This document shows, in pieces, positions 36,185-50,216 of a DNA stretch of 64,000 nucleotides; within the stretch, counting starts at the first letter, position 1; each line of letters starts with the position of its first letter. The DNA comes from Lingula anatina (lineage: Eukaryota > Animalia > Brachiopoda), in assembly GCA_051362555.1 (NCBI GenBank), contig CM120646.1, positions 23,870,001 to 23,934,000 of the forward strand, read 5' to 3'. The notes below the pieces were generated by a model that was given only the letters and a program-made list of their open reading frames with translations, made no database searches and was not told where the DNA came from. A program made the translations under genes and the position numbers.

Positions 36185-38635
36185 CTAAATGATAAAACAA
36201 ACAAATGACACTAAAACTCACTTTTAAAGAATCTTTTTTTATCATATTTTTGACAAGATGTCATCGTCTTGGCCTTGATGTATTTCCTGGATATTCAGAT
36301 ATGCACGAACTATTCACCTTTTCCTCACACAGTACCGTGAAAACGGGCGTATACCATTCAAAATATACGATTGTAAATAAGATGATAATTATATTTATAC
36401 ATATATCATCAATCCACACGCTTATAAACTACAAAAGAGCTAGCATAGGTGAAGTGACAAAGTGTGAGGACGCGAAGCTTAAGTTGCTCGTGGTGATCTA
36501 CGGAATGTGAAGACAAGGGGTGCAGTAGCCTATCATGTTAATTTTATTTATCTATTGACAAAAGAGAAAAATTATCAAAAACATTGTTTTAAGTTAACGC
36601 AACGCATCCCAATGTACCGTTTAGAAAATGGATGTGGCAGGGGTGATTTTCCAGGCAGCTTTTTAGAGGAACGGTGCGGTTGAATAACAGCGCATCTGAA
36701 TAGAAGCAGGCAGTCTCGTTAAGAGTTCGACGCTCACTCCTTGTAGCAAAGGACACGCCCTTACCCTCACAGCTTTCTACAGGAATACTGCACATTTCCT
36801 TTAACGCAGATGTAGCATATTAGCTGAGACATACTTAGGAATGTAATATGACCGTGGCGTTATGTGCTTTATTTGGTTTTAGGGGCGTTTTTCGGCGAAA
36901 TGCGATAAATTTTTTCTCAAATAATACACTGCCACCTTGTCGCGACACCTTGATCGTCTCCTGCTGATGCTCGAGGTGTTCTGGCATGTGTTGCTAGGGT
37001 GACAGTGTATTATCTCACACTTAACCAGTGAATCCAGAGCCAAAGTAAAATATATCGTGTCTCCCAAGGTGACAGTCATTTAATGTTCGGTAGCACAGGT
37101 GGTCACGTATATTCAATCATTCAGCAGAGGTTATAAGAGTACTTTGAACAGTTGCTTTATAATTGGATGAGTGACTGAAAGTGGAAATATAATTCTAAAA
37201 TTAAAAAAATTTTTTTTTCATAAATGTTTTCTCACAAAAGCTGTGTTAGAAATTGGCGGAGTAAGACATGTGCTTGTACATGTTGACAGAACGGGACTTC
37301 AGTCATGGGGTAATTCCCCCGCGTGGAGGGTACACGTCGACCGCTTTACAGTATGAATACAAGCACAACAATAGAGGTAAACAAAACCCTTGTGACCCTT
37401 TAGTACGGGGAATACGCTGCTGCAACCGCCATCACAATGACGCAGGTTTTCTAACTATTGGCCCCCATCAACTTCATTCGTCGTGGGAATCAATTTGATA
37501 TCACATTCAGTATTGAAAAGGATATCTACGAACGCAGGAGAACTGAGGTAAAAGGACAGGTAGATGTTTGCGATTGAATAGTGAGTCGTGAGTGAGATGT
37601 GAAAAATAATCCTTCTAACGGTCGCGGATCACATACTCTGTCACATGCGGCCCACGCTTATGTACACTTCACCATACACTATCTCATCAGTGAAGAGACG
37701 ACTTATACTTGTGATGATGTATATGAGTAGTTTTGAAATATATACATTATAATCATCATGCCACGCATGATTAGATGCGATAATTTGATGAAATGAACGT
37801 GATCCTCCAGGTGTAGGGCGAGGGTTAGGTAACAGGTGGGGATTGTTATTGTTGTGTCGGTTCAAATCTCAACGGCTGTCAACGAGTAAAACAAGATACA
37901 AGGTAAGAAACGGAGTCACCGTGTGAAAAAGAAAGTATTTAAGTCTGTGAATAGTAACATTGAATGTGAAGGGAAAGTGTCTCGTATACCTCCCATATGT
38001 TATTACAGAATTAAAAATATTATTTCATAAAAGTCGTCTCGATAATCAGCTGTTAGGGAGTAGCCTCCTTCACGAGCTCGGGTACCTCGACTGGGTATAG
38101 AACTGTCATGCTGGGGTAGAGGACGGTCAAACATGCAGTGAAACTTTGACTTAAGGCATACTTAGTACATGGGTGGATATACCTGTAGAACGAAGATATT
38201 AATAAATTTTAGAAACTTAACCGGCAGTTGCCTTTAATGCTAACCACGTGTACTATATTCGAGTATAACGTGTTATAAGAGGTGGCTCAAACCAGTGCAT
38301 GTATGGGTGCGCTGTACACCCTCCCTTCGAGCTTGTATAGACGGTGCGCGACAACTGAATGATAGGTGTCGTCACTGAACGTGAAAGTCTGTACCTTAAT
38401 GTTAGATCTGTTCTGGCACAGGTTCAAGCCGTGACTCAACTCTGTGTTCAGTGGTTGGGTGGGGTGTACCGGTGACAATAGTTTGGTACAGCACTGTAAG
38501 AACACTATGTAAACAACGGACCTTTTAGAATGGTACATAATAATGTTATGAGTCAAAGTTCAAACGACAAGGCGTTTTGTTTAATAGGGTCAATTAATAA
38601 AACAAAGGCTGAAAGGCCAGGGCAGTGTGTGCATG

Positions 38636-38636
38636 C

Positions 38637-38701
<65 letters not shown>
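38636..38701. repeat. (GT)n(GA)n microsatellite
   Basis: Direct reading. Confidence 0.9.
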
Positions 38702-38703
<2 letters not shown>

Positions 38704-39026
38704 ATTATATATGTAAGTGATCAATGTCGACCGGTTGATTTCTCGAAGGAGCGGTTAATTAATACTTCTTATTACTATCTCTTTTTTGTTATTTCGTCAA
38801 AAGTGCCCTTGTCATCTCCTTTACCAACTGAAATATTTTTCACTTTATGAACGCTTTAAGGCGCATTCTCTCTCTCTTTCTCGCCACTCTCTCTCTCTCA
38901 CGCTAACGATCTCACGCACAAAGATATTTGTCTATACAAACTCACACATATACACATACCTATACACACAAATATCTGTATATTAACTCACACATTCACA
39001 AGTGTCATTCTCCTATATTGCAGACT

Positions 39027-39969
39027 ATGAGGGTGTTTTGGCTAGGGGTGCTGGTCGTGGCCGCTGTGGTCATAGATTTCACACACAGCGAGGCTCGCTC
39101 AGCATCACACACAGACACTAGATACAATGACTTAGGTGAGTCTTTATAACTCCCACAGGTACCGAAAACGTACATGTAATATAATTACTTTTGAAATTTA
39201 TGCACGTGCTGCTTAACTTTTTTACGAAATGTTTTAATAATTTAAAAATTACAATTCTGCTAACCATAGATCTCAACATCTCTTCATTTGCCACTTTGTG
39301 TTAAATTTGATTGTGTCGCTGACATGACAAATTTTCGTGACATTGTCAGAACACATTTCGCTCCACAGTGGTAAAAATGCCAAATGCGTTCGCACAGCAT
39401 AGGGTTTAACACGTTTTTATATCCACGAAAACTTAATCGGCTCTGTTTTATTTTACGTTAGTGTAACACATTGTTTAACATCATATTTTTCCAGATGATC
39501 TGCCAAGGATTCGAGTGCGAAGGCAAGGCGACACAGGTGAACATTTCAGTTTATCTTTACATCTATGTATGGTGACCTAACAGTTAAAATAATATAATTT
39601 ATCTTTTAATTATGTCATGTTTCCTTGTATGTCATATTATTTTGTCTTTACAACCGATAACAAAATAAGCATGGAGAGCTAAAATATTATAAAATGAATG
39701 AAAAGTGAATCTCAGAAATGCGAAATACATTTTAGGGAGCGATAATGCATAAAAAGTAAGGAAAATCGTTCCTCCCCTCAAAACAGGGGATACTATAGAA
39801 ATAAATTTATGTCCCTTGCCACATGCCATTTATACACTGCGAATTTAGTTTGATGTATTCTCATTTTTGGCTATTAAATGTGTAAGTGGCTTATATTTTA
39901 TGTGTACTTGTGATCTTCTTTTTGTCCTTAAATAAAAAGAAAAAGATGGTGATCGTATATATAAATGTT

Positions 39970-40037
<68 letters not shown>

Positions 40038-42785
40038 TATGTTTAGTATATATAACTGAATACATATTTATATTTTCCTAATCACCCCATTAGGCCCAAC
40101 AGGCGCTACAGGTCCTCAAGGACCCCCAGGCTCAGCAGGTGCGCGAGGTCCTGTTGGTCCTTTTGGACCTACGGGTCCAACCGGCCCCCAGGGTAACCCG
40201 GGCCCTCTGGGTCCTTTCGGTCCGACAGGTCCCGTGGGCCCCATAGGACCTACAGGGGTTCAGGGTCCTAAGGGTGACACTGGCCAACGAGGACCACTAG
40301 GCCCATTTGGCTCCACTGGGGCTGCAGGGCAGACAGGTGCCACGGGGGCCATTGGGCCGACTGGAGACAAAGGCAACAAGGGCGCAAAGGGGAGTAAAGG
40401 GGCCATAGGCGCTGCTGGATTGACAGGACCAACAGGTCAACGGGGCCCAGTCGGGAATGTAGGTCCTATCGGGAGCCAGGGAACCACCGGTCCCAAAGGA
40501 CAGAAAGGTGAGGTAGGGGCACAGGGCATCGCAGGTCCAAAAGGACAGAAAGGAGAAGCCGGAAACCAAGGATCATCTGGAATCAAGGGACAGAAAGGGA
40601 ATGTTGGAGCAGTCGGATCAGTAGGGGCAATAGGACCTTTTGGTCCAACGGGTCCAACGGGTTCAACAGGCCCGGTCGGTGCGACTGGCTCCATAGGATT
40701 TGCTGGCCAAACCGGACCAAAGGGACAAAAGGGTGCCGTAGGCTCTCAAGGCTTCACAGGGCCTGTTGGTGCCACCGGAGCCCAGGGCTTCTCCGGACCA
40801 GCGGGCCCTGTGGGTTCAACCGGGCCCATTGGAGCAAAGGGAGAACGTGGATTTCAAGGCCCAAGTGGTCCAGTGGGTGCTACAGGGCCGTCTGGATTCA
40901 AGGGTGAAAAGGGAACACCAGGTGAAGTAGGGCCTACTGGGTCCCAGGGGAATAACGGCGTCACTGGACCAAAGGGGGCCGTTGGTGCCACCGGACCTCA
41001 AGGCCAAAAGGGAGAATTCGGAGCCACAGGAGCTGTAGGCCCCGCCGGTCCTGAAGGGCCTAAAGGGCAGAAAGGTGCCCTAGGGCCTGTTGGGCCACAG
41101 GGAGCCTTAGGGCCACAAGGTCCGATCGGCGTCGCAGGGCCCACCGGAGCAACTGGTTCGACGGGACCAATAGGTCCGGCCGGGTCGACAGGACCAAAGG
41201 GAGCCGTCGGGGATTCAGGGCCTCAAGGTGAGTGGACGTATCATGAACAGAGCGTTATATTGAATATCACTTTATTGGTATGTGATAGTAAATAGTTATG
41301 AATAATGCCGGAATTGCTTTTTCACGATGGCAGCCAGCATTCAGGCAATGTAAAAATACATAGGAAGGAATGCTTAATTCTTCCAATCATAAATGCAATA
41401 GCTTTTTATTAAACAGTGACACTTGCTATTATCTGCATCAGCTAAATCAGAAAATCTGAAAATAATTAAAATACTTTTTAAACAAAACATGGTCCAATTT
41501 TTCAGGTGCGGTTGGGGCCACAGGAGCAGTGGGATCAACTGGACCACAGGGTCCTAAAGGAGAGAAAGGAGCAATAGGTTTACAAGGTCCCTCGGGTCCT
41601 CAGGGGAGCGCAGGTCCTCAAGGTATTAAAGGTGTTCAAGGTTTACAAGGCCTAAATGGACCGACCGGAGCGACGGGTGCCAGTGGAACTAATGGAGAGA
41701 AGGGCCAGAAGGGTGACAGAGGATTCCAGGGACTTAACGGGGTAGTTGGCGCCACCGGAGGCACAGGGGGTGTTGGTCCTGCAGGACCGGAAGGACCTAC
41801 CGGACCGCTAGGAGCCACAGGACCCACGGGACCCCAGGGAACAGCAGGAGTGACCGGACCCCAGGGTGTTCAGGGTATGGTATTTTGTTTTGAAACGTTC
41901 CCGGACCGGGTTTACATTCACATTAACCACAAACAGTCTACTTCATGTCACTGGCAGCGGTTTACCCGCTTGTTAAGCACGGCATCAAAATACTTAGGTG
42001 CCCTGGGCGTGCCAATGAAATACCGTTTGTTGTTAATGTCAATAAGATTATGTCTTAATTCATACGGATTCGAGAACGGTCTAGATTAGCATTTGTATCA
42101 AATATTTGTTTTCAAGCATTCTTTAGTTTCGGTAAAGTTTATATAGACTAGTGGATGAACGTTGTGTTATATTCAGCTACAAAATCAAAAACATAAAACA
42201 TCTATGAGAAAAAAGTAACACGTTGGTGATTAAAATACAATATTGGATTAGGCCTGAACTTTGGTGGTTATAATATTCCCGACGGCTATCTAACTGAAAA
42301 TAGCTGCTTTAAGCCAATCAGTGGGAATGATTTCCTTCTTACATAGACCGCTTTATGTACGCAGGTGTCATTTACTAAGTGTCTCTTTAAAAACCCGTCT
42401 GTCACACTAGAAATTAACACCGCTTTACAGCAATTCCAACACACGGCACAGCACTGAAAATGTTCTTTCTTTGATCGATTGGGCAATGTCAGAACCCCTG
42501 CACTACCTTTCAAGTATAATAGGGGTTAATTTGGGACATTTTGACAACAGTATTGTCCCTGTATATCAAGTGTCACATTGTGGCAATTTATTTTCAAGTA
42601 TACAGGTTTTCGCTTTTGTAGCTTAAGAGTACATTATTTCAACACCCATTAAATAAAAAAGAAGGTACGATTGATACTTACTGAGACAGCAAACATGGAC
42701 ATATAAGATGGTGTCATTTTTACTATATATTGTTACGCTAGAATATGGAACTAATATATAAGTATGCTGTATTGAATGCAATAGT

Positions 42786-42845
<60 letters not shown>

Positions 42846-45800
42846 AATGTCCACCCTATTGTAGGTGCGGTGGGTCCCCCTGGGGTCACGGGTCCAGCTG
42901 GTCAACAAGGAGATAAGGGTGTTAAGGGTGACCAGGGCCCCCAGGGGATTCAAGGTCTGCCCGGGCCCCAGGGATCCATGGGTCCCACAGGGGCCACCGG
43001 CCCAGCAGGTCAAGTGGGGGATAGGGGGCCGACAGGTGCTACCGGACCCCAGGGTAATCAGGGGCCAAGAGGTGAGACAGGAGTGGCAGGACCAGCAGGA
43101 AGTAAAGGAGATCTGGGACCAGTGGGACCAACAGGTAAACTGCTTCACTGTTCTGTTTATTTAGTTTTGATTGATTGGTAGAAACCACAGAGACAATAAA
43201 GGCACTGGTTTTTGTAATGACAATAATTTTATTCATATTTTTGCATGCTCCTCACTCTATTTAAATCACGTTGCAACGTCATTCTTGGCGATATTTAGAA
43301 GTACATATCAGTATCATTATACACCAAATGTATACATTCTTCAGCTTTAGTCTAGGAGGAAATTTTTCATACCAGTCACATCAACCGCCTATATCTATTA
43401 TTTACAAGGCAGTGTTGTTGTGTAACTTACTTATTTCATCCAGGAGCGACGGGGGCCACGGGTCCAATGGGTGAGACAGGACCTCAGGGACCAAACGGTA
43501 CCAAAGGGGAAGTAGGTCTCAGAGGTATGCAAGGCTTGCCTGGACTGGCCGGCCTAACAGGGGACACGGGACAGACAGGTGACGTAGGTAGGTATAGCGT
43601 TTAAGGCATTTGGTGTGACTGTAATGTTTACGTGTTGATTTGATTCAATGTAACAGTAATTGATTGGCTGATATGTACTAGTAGAAGATGCTAAACCGGT
43701 CCTATTCAATCAGTCCATCTGCCATTTTGATAATAATTTATATTCTGTTAAAATCTTACCAGGTTGGAATATTTTTTTTACTGTTTTGACACAGCTTGAG
43801 ATATAATCTCATCAAACTGTATCAGGGTCATTTTGCAACTGCAGCTATTTCCCAAATCAAACTGCCATATCTAACAAGTATAATTTGTAATGTACGTTTC
43901 CCAAAAACAGGTCCAAAGGGCGACAAAGGCTCCAATGGCACCACGGGAGAGACAGGTGCCCCTGGCCCCCAGGGAGAGGTCGGTGCTAACGGCACGGTGG
44001 GTGCCACCGGTGCTGTCGGCCCTACAGGTCCCTCGGGCCAGAAAGGGGAGCCTGGAGCCAAGGGAAGTAACGGCGCCACGGGCGTCCAAGGAAGCAAAGG
44101 AGAACGGGGCAGCGCCGGGGTGGTGGGTCCGGGTGGACCTACAGGCTCGACTGGACCGACAGGTCCTATTGGTCCTCTTGGTCCCACCGGCGCCACGGGT
44201 CCTGTAGGTCTTAATGGAAGCCGAGGTGATGTGGGACCAATAGGACCTACTGGACCAACGGGACAAAAGGGTGAATTGGGACCACAAGGTAAAGCTGAAC
44301 TGAGAACAATCTGTGGTAGATTTATGTAATGTATACATGTACTCGTCTTTCTTTAAATTGACAATTGGTCGTGGATAGTACGAGTGAATTTAACAACATT
44401 GTGTATTGTAAGATAATTAATAACACACAGCCATATTCCTTGAATTATGATGAAATATGTATAAATATATGTGCTTAGTGACTTCTACCTTTTCTCCTAA
44501 GACGTGGACGAGTGTGCTACCAACAATGGCGGCTGCCCCGGGCTGTGTATCAACACTGCAGGCTCATACTTCTGCTACTGTGATGTGGGTTACCAACTGT
44601 CCACTAGAGACGTCCGGGTGTATCCCTCGCGTGTCCCCATCACCCAGTGTCCTGCAGATGTACAGGCAGGGAGGAAGAAACGCCAGGCAGGTTAGTGGAT
44701 TGTTAACTGATTTGAATAGCTCCACACTGTTCCATTTAACTAACGTTTTTGACCTTTTGATCTTTTAAAGCGTTTATGGCAAACAGCTTTCATATTAACA
44801 CAGCAGTTAAAAGATTCACAGCAGTGTAATTCAGGTATTTATGTATAAGCATGGATTAAAACTCCACATCATCCATTTGCACTGTAAAGTTTTGCATTTG
44901 CAAACAAACGTCCCTACCAACTTTTCAGCACACACACAGATGTATTCTGCTACATATACCAGCTGATGGAGAATTGACACAAACACACACACTTAGTGCA
45001 ATGCAACTGTTTCTTTTTTGTTTCCAGCCACACAAATATCCTCAAGCGGAAGGGAATTTGTCATCATGAACCTGGAGAACCGAGTGGGTGACGAGAACCA
45101 AAACCGTCGTCTTTACCTATACATCCTCTCCGCGTCCTCCACCAGTGTTGCTGTCACCATACGCTGGTATAACACTGCTGGCGCCCTGCAGGAGGTCACG
45201 CGGACCATCAACGCCGGTGACGCCCATCAGGAGCTACTGGATAGTAACCTCGAGACCCAGGGGAGCACCTTGGCCACGAAAGCTGTCCGGTTGTCTGCCA
45301 ATGGCGATATTATTGTTTGGTCGTACAACAAAAACGCCCACTCCGTGGACGGATACCTAGCTTTACCCATTGAAGCTCTGGGGACGAACTACTACACGGT
45401 GTCCTACTCCCCGCCAAAGTTCCAGACAGAGTTTGGCGTGGCGGCAGTGGAGGACGGCACCACGGTAACGATCACGTTGCCTGCCACGGCATCTGGCGCC
45501 AATGCGGTCTCGGTGACCTACAACGGCTTCACGTACTCCAGTGGGTCCCAGATCGTCGTGACCCTGAACCAGTACCAGGCTCTCCAGCTCCAGTCCACTT
45601 CCGGCTCCTTCTCAGACCTCACAGGAACGCGCGTCCAAGCCAACAAGAACATCGCTGTGTTCAGTGGCAACGTGAGGACCAACGTGCAAGGTCTGGTTTC
45701 CGCCACACCTCAGAGAGACCACTGTGTGGAGCAGATACCCCCAGTGACCCTCTGGGGCAGGGATTTCGCCACGGTGCCCATACCACAGAGAACGACCGGG

Positions 45801-48800
45801 GACCTGTTTAGGGTCGTAGCGTCCGAGGCCAATACCCAGTTCACGCGCACTAACGGCGCCGGAACCGTCACGTCCTACACCATCTCTGCTGCTGGCGGTC
45901 ACCTTGACCTTGACCTGCCCAGTGATGACTACCAAAGGATCGTTGCCAATAAACCGATTCTGGTCCAGCAGTTTGTTAAAAGTTACCTTAACCCTAGCGA
46001 ACCTGGCGACCCTTCAATGGTGTCTGTTATCCCTACTACTGCTTACTCAAACAATTATAGGTTTACACTACCAGCCTTGGGGGACTACACGTGGACTCAT
46101 TTCATGATGATAGTCATTGAAGACCAGTACAAGAACACTCTGTCTCTGGATGGCACACAGTTATCTGGGGTCACGTGGAACAATATTAATAACAGTCCCG
46201 TGTCCTCAGACCTCACAAACCTTGTCGGAGGCTTCGTGGCGATTTCTACCGAAGCGACGGTGAGAGTGTTGAGCAGTTCCAACGCCCAGGCTAGGATGAT
46301 GATTATGTTATATGGTAGAGCACCCGGGCAGTCGTACGCTGTCCCGCTAGGGGTCTCATTTCAAGAGGCTCCATCAGTAAGTAGGCAAAAGGATTATAAT
46401 CTGAAATCAAATTGAAATATTTCCCATGCATTTAAACTGAAAATTTTGATTTACATTTTTGTTTCCAAGGTCATTGAATTTTGTTATGTATTTGTATCGC
46501 ATATTGTGTCATTTACAAGAATGTCCGTGCCAGCACTAACGTCAGTATACAATGTATTACACAATGACAAAAGTGAAAACTGTAAATCAAAAATGTTCAA
46601 AAATAGTCATAGTTTATCAGCGTTATTTCTACCTCATTTCAAGTTTTATTTGATAATGATATATTTCTTTCTTTATTTATTTATTATACAGAACGTGGAC
46701 GCACAAGGTAAGTTCATTTGATACGTTGTCGTTGGACAAGTTTTTTCGATAACAAAGAAAAATGACGCACGTAATTTCAGAAGACATTCCGACGCCTTCA
46801 ACCTCTTTATATTTTTCGTCTAAAGATTTGCTTTCTTTTGCTATTTTTGAGCATCACATTCAAATTACATGGTGTATTTTGGTAAACACTTTTTTTTTTA
46901 GAAAAGATTGAATCCCCGATCAGGGAAGTTACTGACATAATACATAAATGACAAAATGAAAAAGAAAAGAAAATGACATGTTTTTCACAGGGCATGGTTT
47001 CAAAATTTCTATCCATTTATAATTTTATGTTCCAGTTTGTAACACAGACGCCGCAGGCACGTGCTGCACCTGCCATATTGGCGGGAATCAGTATGCACCC
47101 TACCAGGGGGCAGCACAGGCTGACTGCTGTGTTCGTAAGTGAAATTTGCTGTTTTACTTTAAAAATTCTCTTTTGCTGTAGTTATTTTTAGGACAACGAT
47201 TTCGGAGTTCATAATCTAGTTTCACATTAACTGAACGCCACATCCTTAGTTTCTTAATTCAATGAAACAATAAGCCCAGACCTACCATTTATCTACTAAC
47301 AAAGAAAGATTTCTGCAATTTAGGATCTCAAAAATAATGGATAAATCTATAATACATATGACATGGTTATAAAGACTAACGGCAATTTGTAAACTTGTCA
47401 CTTTAACTCTATGGGCTTCTTAACTAACATACCTGACAATACGCTGTGGCTCTGTTGCCTCGCACATAAAATAGTTATAATAATATCGGTGCGAATGAAA
47501 TGCTAGCCAAGAAAAATATGGCAAATTTTGTCTTCCAGAGGAAAATGTAAGATGCAGATACCCTACCACCAACGTGAAGTTGTGTGAGTGTGACGTCAAC
47601 GGCGTCGTAATTCAGTTGAACAGTACAAACTGTGAAAGTAAGTCCTCTCGGGTGACAGCTGTCCCCCGTCTCCAGCAGACGGACACAGCTTTTCTAAAGC
47701 CCCCTTCACACTGGGCGGCGTCCTTTTCCGTCTCTCAGTACGGTCCTTTTTGAGAGTAAAAAAAAATACAATATTTTACGTGCCGACAACTGGCCTATCA
47801 TTGAGCATTCATTCTGCAACCAAAGCGATGCTCGTGCCTCCTTTTTACAACCACAGAGATGCCAGGTTCTTGGTCGCACTAAGGATGCAGCAAGGACGCC
47901 TTCCAGTGTAAAGGGGCATTAAGTCATACATCCTCTGTGACAGCACTACCACCACTTGTTACGTTACTTTAATCTCTACAAATCAGTACACAATATATCG
48001 ATGCTTTATTAATCATAATCTAAAAGTACTTACTGCACGTACATGTCATCCTAACTGTGTAAAGTCTGGGTTTGTGATATCTTGTTGATATATTTAGACA
48101 AGGACGAGTGTGCCGTGAACAACGGTGGCTGTCAACACGTATGTACAGACACGACCTATGGACAGGGTCTTAATGGGGGCGGCTACACGTGCAGCTGTTA
48201 TACTGGCTACCAACTAGCACTGGACGCTCACGAGTGCATAGGTGAGTTGACAGTTAATAATAATAATAATAATTTATTAGATAAATTTGCAACCCTAAGG
48301 TTGAAGTTGTACAAAGAATGTTTAAAAGAAAATTGACAATAAACTTTAAATTATAAAACAATAAATTATTTCTAAATACTATAAATTACAAAGGCATTCA
48401 TAAATTACTACAAGTTAAAGAGGTAATGATTAAGAAAGGAATTTTTAAAACGTTCCGTCTTCACTTTTGGTTGTAAGAATTTGGTGTTGTTTCGTAAAGG
48501 GCGGGTGTTTCTTTCAGGCAATAAATGTCCCAACTTTTCACAATTTTTAATTTTGTATAAAACCTCTGATACAGCAAGTGTCTACGTTTGTCTAGGGTGT
48601 CAATGTTATAAACTTTTAAGGTATCATCATAACTGAGACCAGGGCAAATAATCCTTAAGGCTCTCTTTTGAAATGACTCTAGACATTCAGATTGTTCAGC
48701 AGTCAGACCTGGTCCCCACACTGGACAGGCATATTCTAAAACTGATCTTATTACAGACTGGTAGATAGTTGATAAATCTTGTATGTCCAGTTTTGCCCTC

Positions 48801-50155
48801 TTTAGCTGTCTGAGATAAAAGAGCTTTAAACATGCCTTAGCATACATGTTTTGGATGTGTTCAGCCCACTTAAGTTCTGGAGTTAAAATAACACCAAGTA
48901 TCTTAAACTTTTTGGCCTTTTCTACACGTTCACCATCTATTTCCAATGTTGTTATTGTAAGATTACAATTCTTGGTAAAATTTATGTCGATCGAGTTAGT
49001 CTTCCTTACATTAAGTTTCACCTTGTTTTGCTTGACCCAGTCAGCCAATTGATCTATTGCTTGTGGTAGATGCGGTGTTTTGCCAAATTTGCAAATTTCG
49101 TAAATGGAGGTATTTATCAACAAACTTAATGTCTGAACAACAGGTTTTTAGGTCATTTATCATTGCAAGGAAAAGAATGGGACCTAAATTAGTGCCCTGA
49201 GGCACTCCTCCCACTAGCTGAACCCAATCAGATTTAAAGCTACTGCAATTTACTCGTTGCGACCGTTCGCAAAGGAAGGAATAAATCCAACGTCTTACAA
49301 AGTCCGATACCCCTTGAATTTCTAATTTTTCCATTAAGATATTGTGATCAATCCTGTCGAAGGCTTTAGCAAAATCTAAAAATAACACCTTAGCATAAGA
49401 CTTTGTTGTGGGGGATGGTTCAAGTCCTCCTAGTAATTTATGAGTCAGTTCGACTAAGACATGAGTAGTTGAACTATTTTGAATGCCACCAAACTGTGCT
49501 CTATCAATTTGCAGACCATCTGTATCCAAAGACTCCAAAATTTTACTTAGAACTGGTGTTAGTGATATTACCTTTGGCTGATTCACTTTTGGAATGGGTA
49601 TTATCTCTGCAGATTTCCAATTTTTTGGTGCGCTACCATCCCTTACTGAGCTATTGAAAATTGCACAAAGTGGTTTTGACATTTAGCCTGCAAAGTCTCT
49701 GAGAACCCAATTTGGAATTTGCTATGTGCCTATAGCTTTAGACAGCTTTACTTTGGATAGTAATTTTTCTACATCCGCTGTGCAGATAACATATTTGTCA
49801 GATTATCCGTGTCCATTCTCTTTGTGAGTCAAGATCTTTGTTTTTTTTTCAACTGGTCTGAAAAGACAAAAAGTTATGTTTTTTTTGCGACAACTAACAA
49901 AAATTGGCACATTTAGTCTGGTTTGTGATATTTATCACTTATTATTTTAGACTTTTTAAAACGAAATCTATAAACATGAATTCACATGCAATTATAGAAA
50001 AGGTTTGAAACGACATTGGATGACACCTTATAACTACATATCTGTACAATGATATTATCTCGAACACGGCAATAAAGCACAACAAAATCACTTTACTTTG
50101 GTTTACCTTACAAAACAGTTTTAGTAACGAACGAAAACGAAAAACGATCGTCCCT

Positions 50156-50216
<61 letters not shown>

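Noticed and set aside
40297-44338. Minus-strand Pro/Gly-rich ORFs over collagen exons
   Set aside because: Expected antisense open frames of Gly-X-Y codons.
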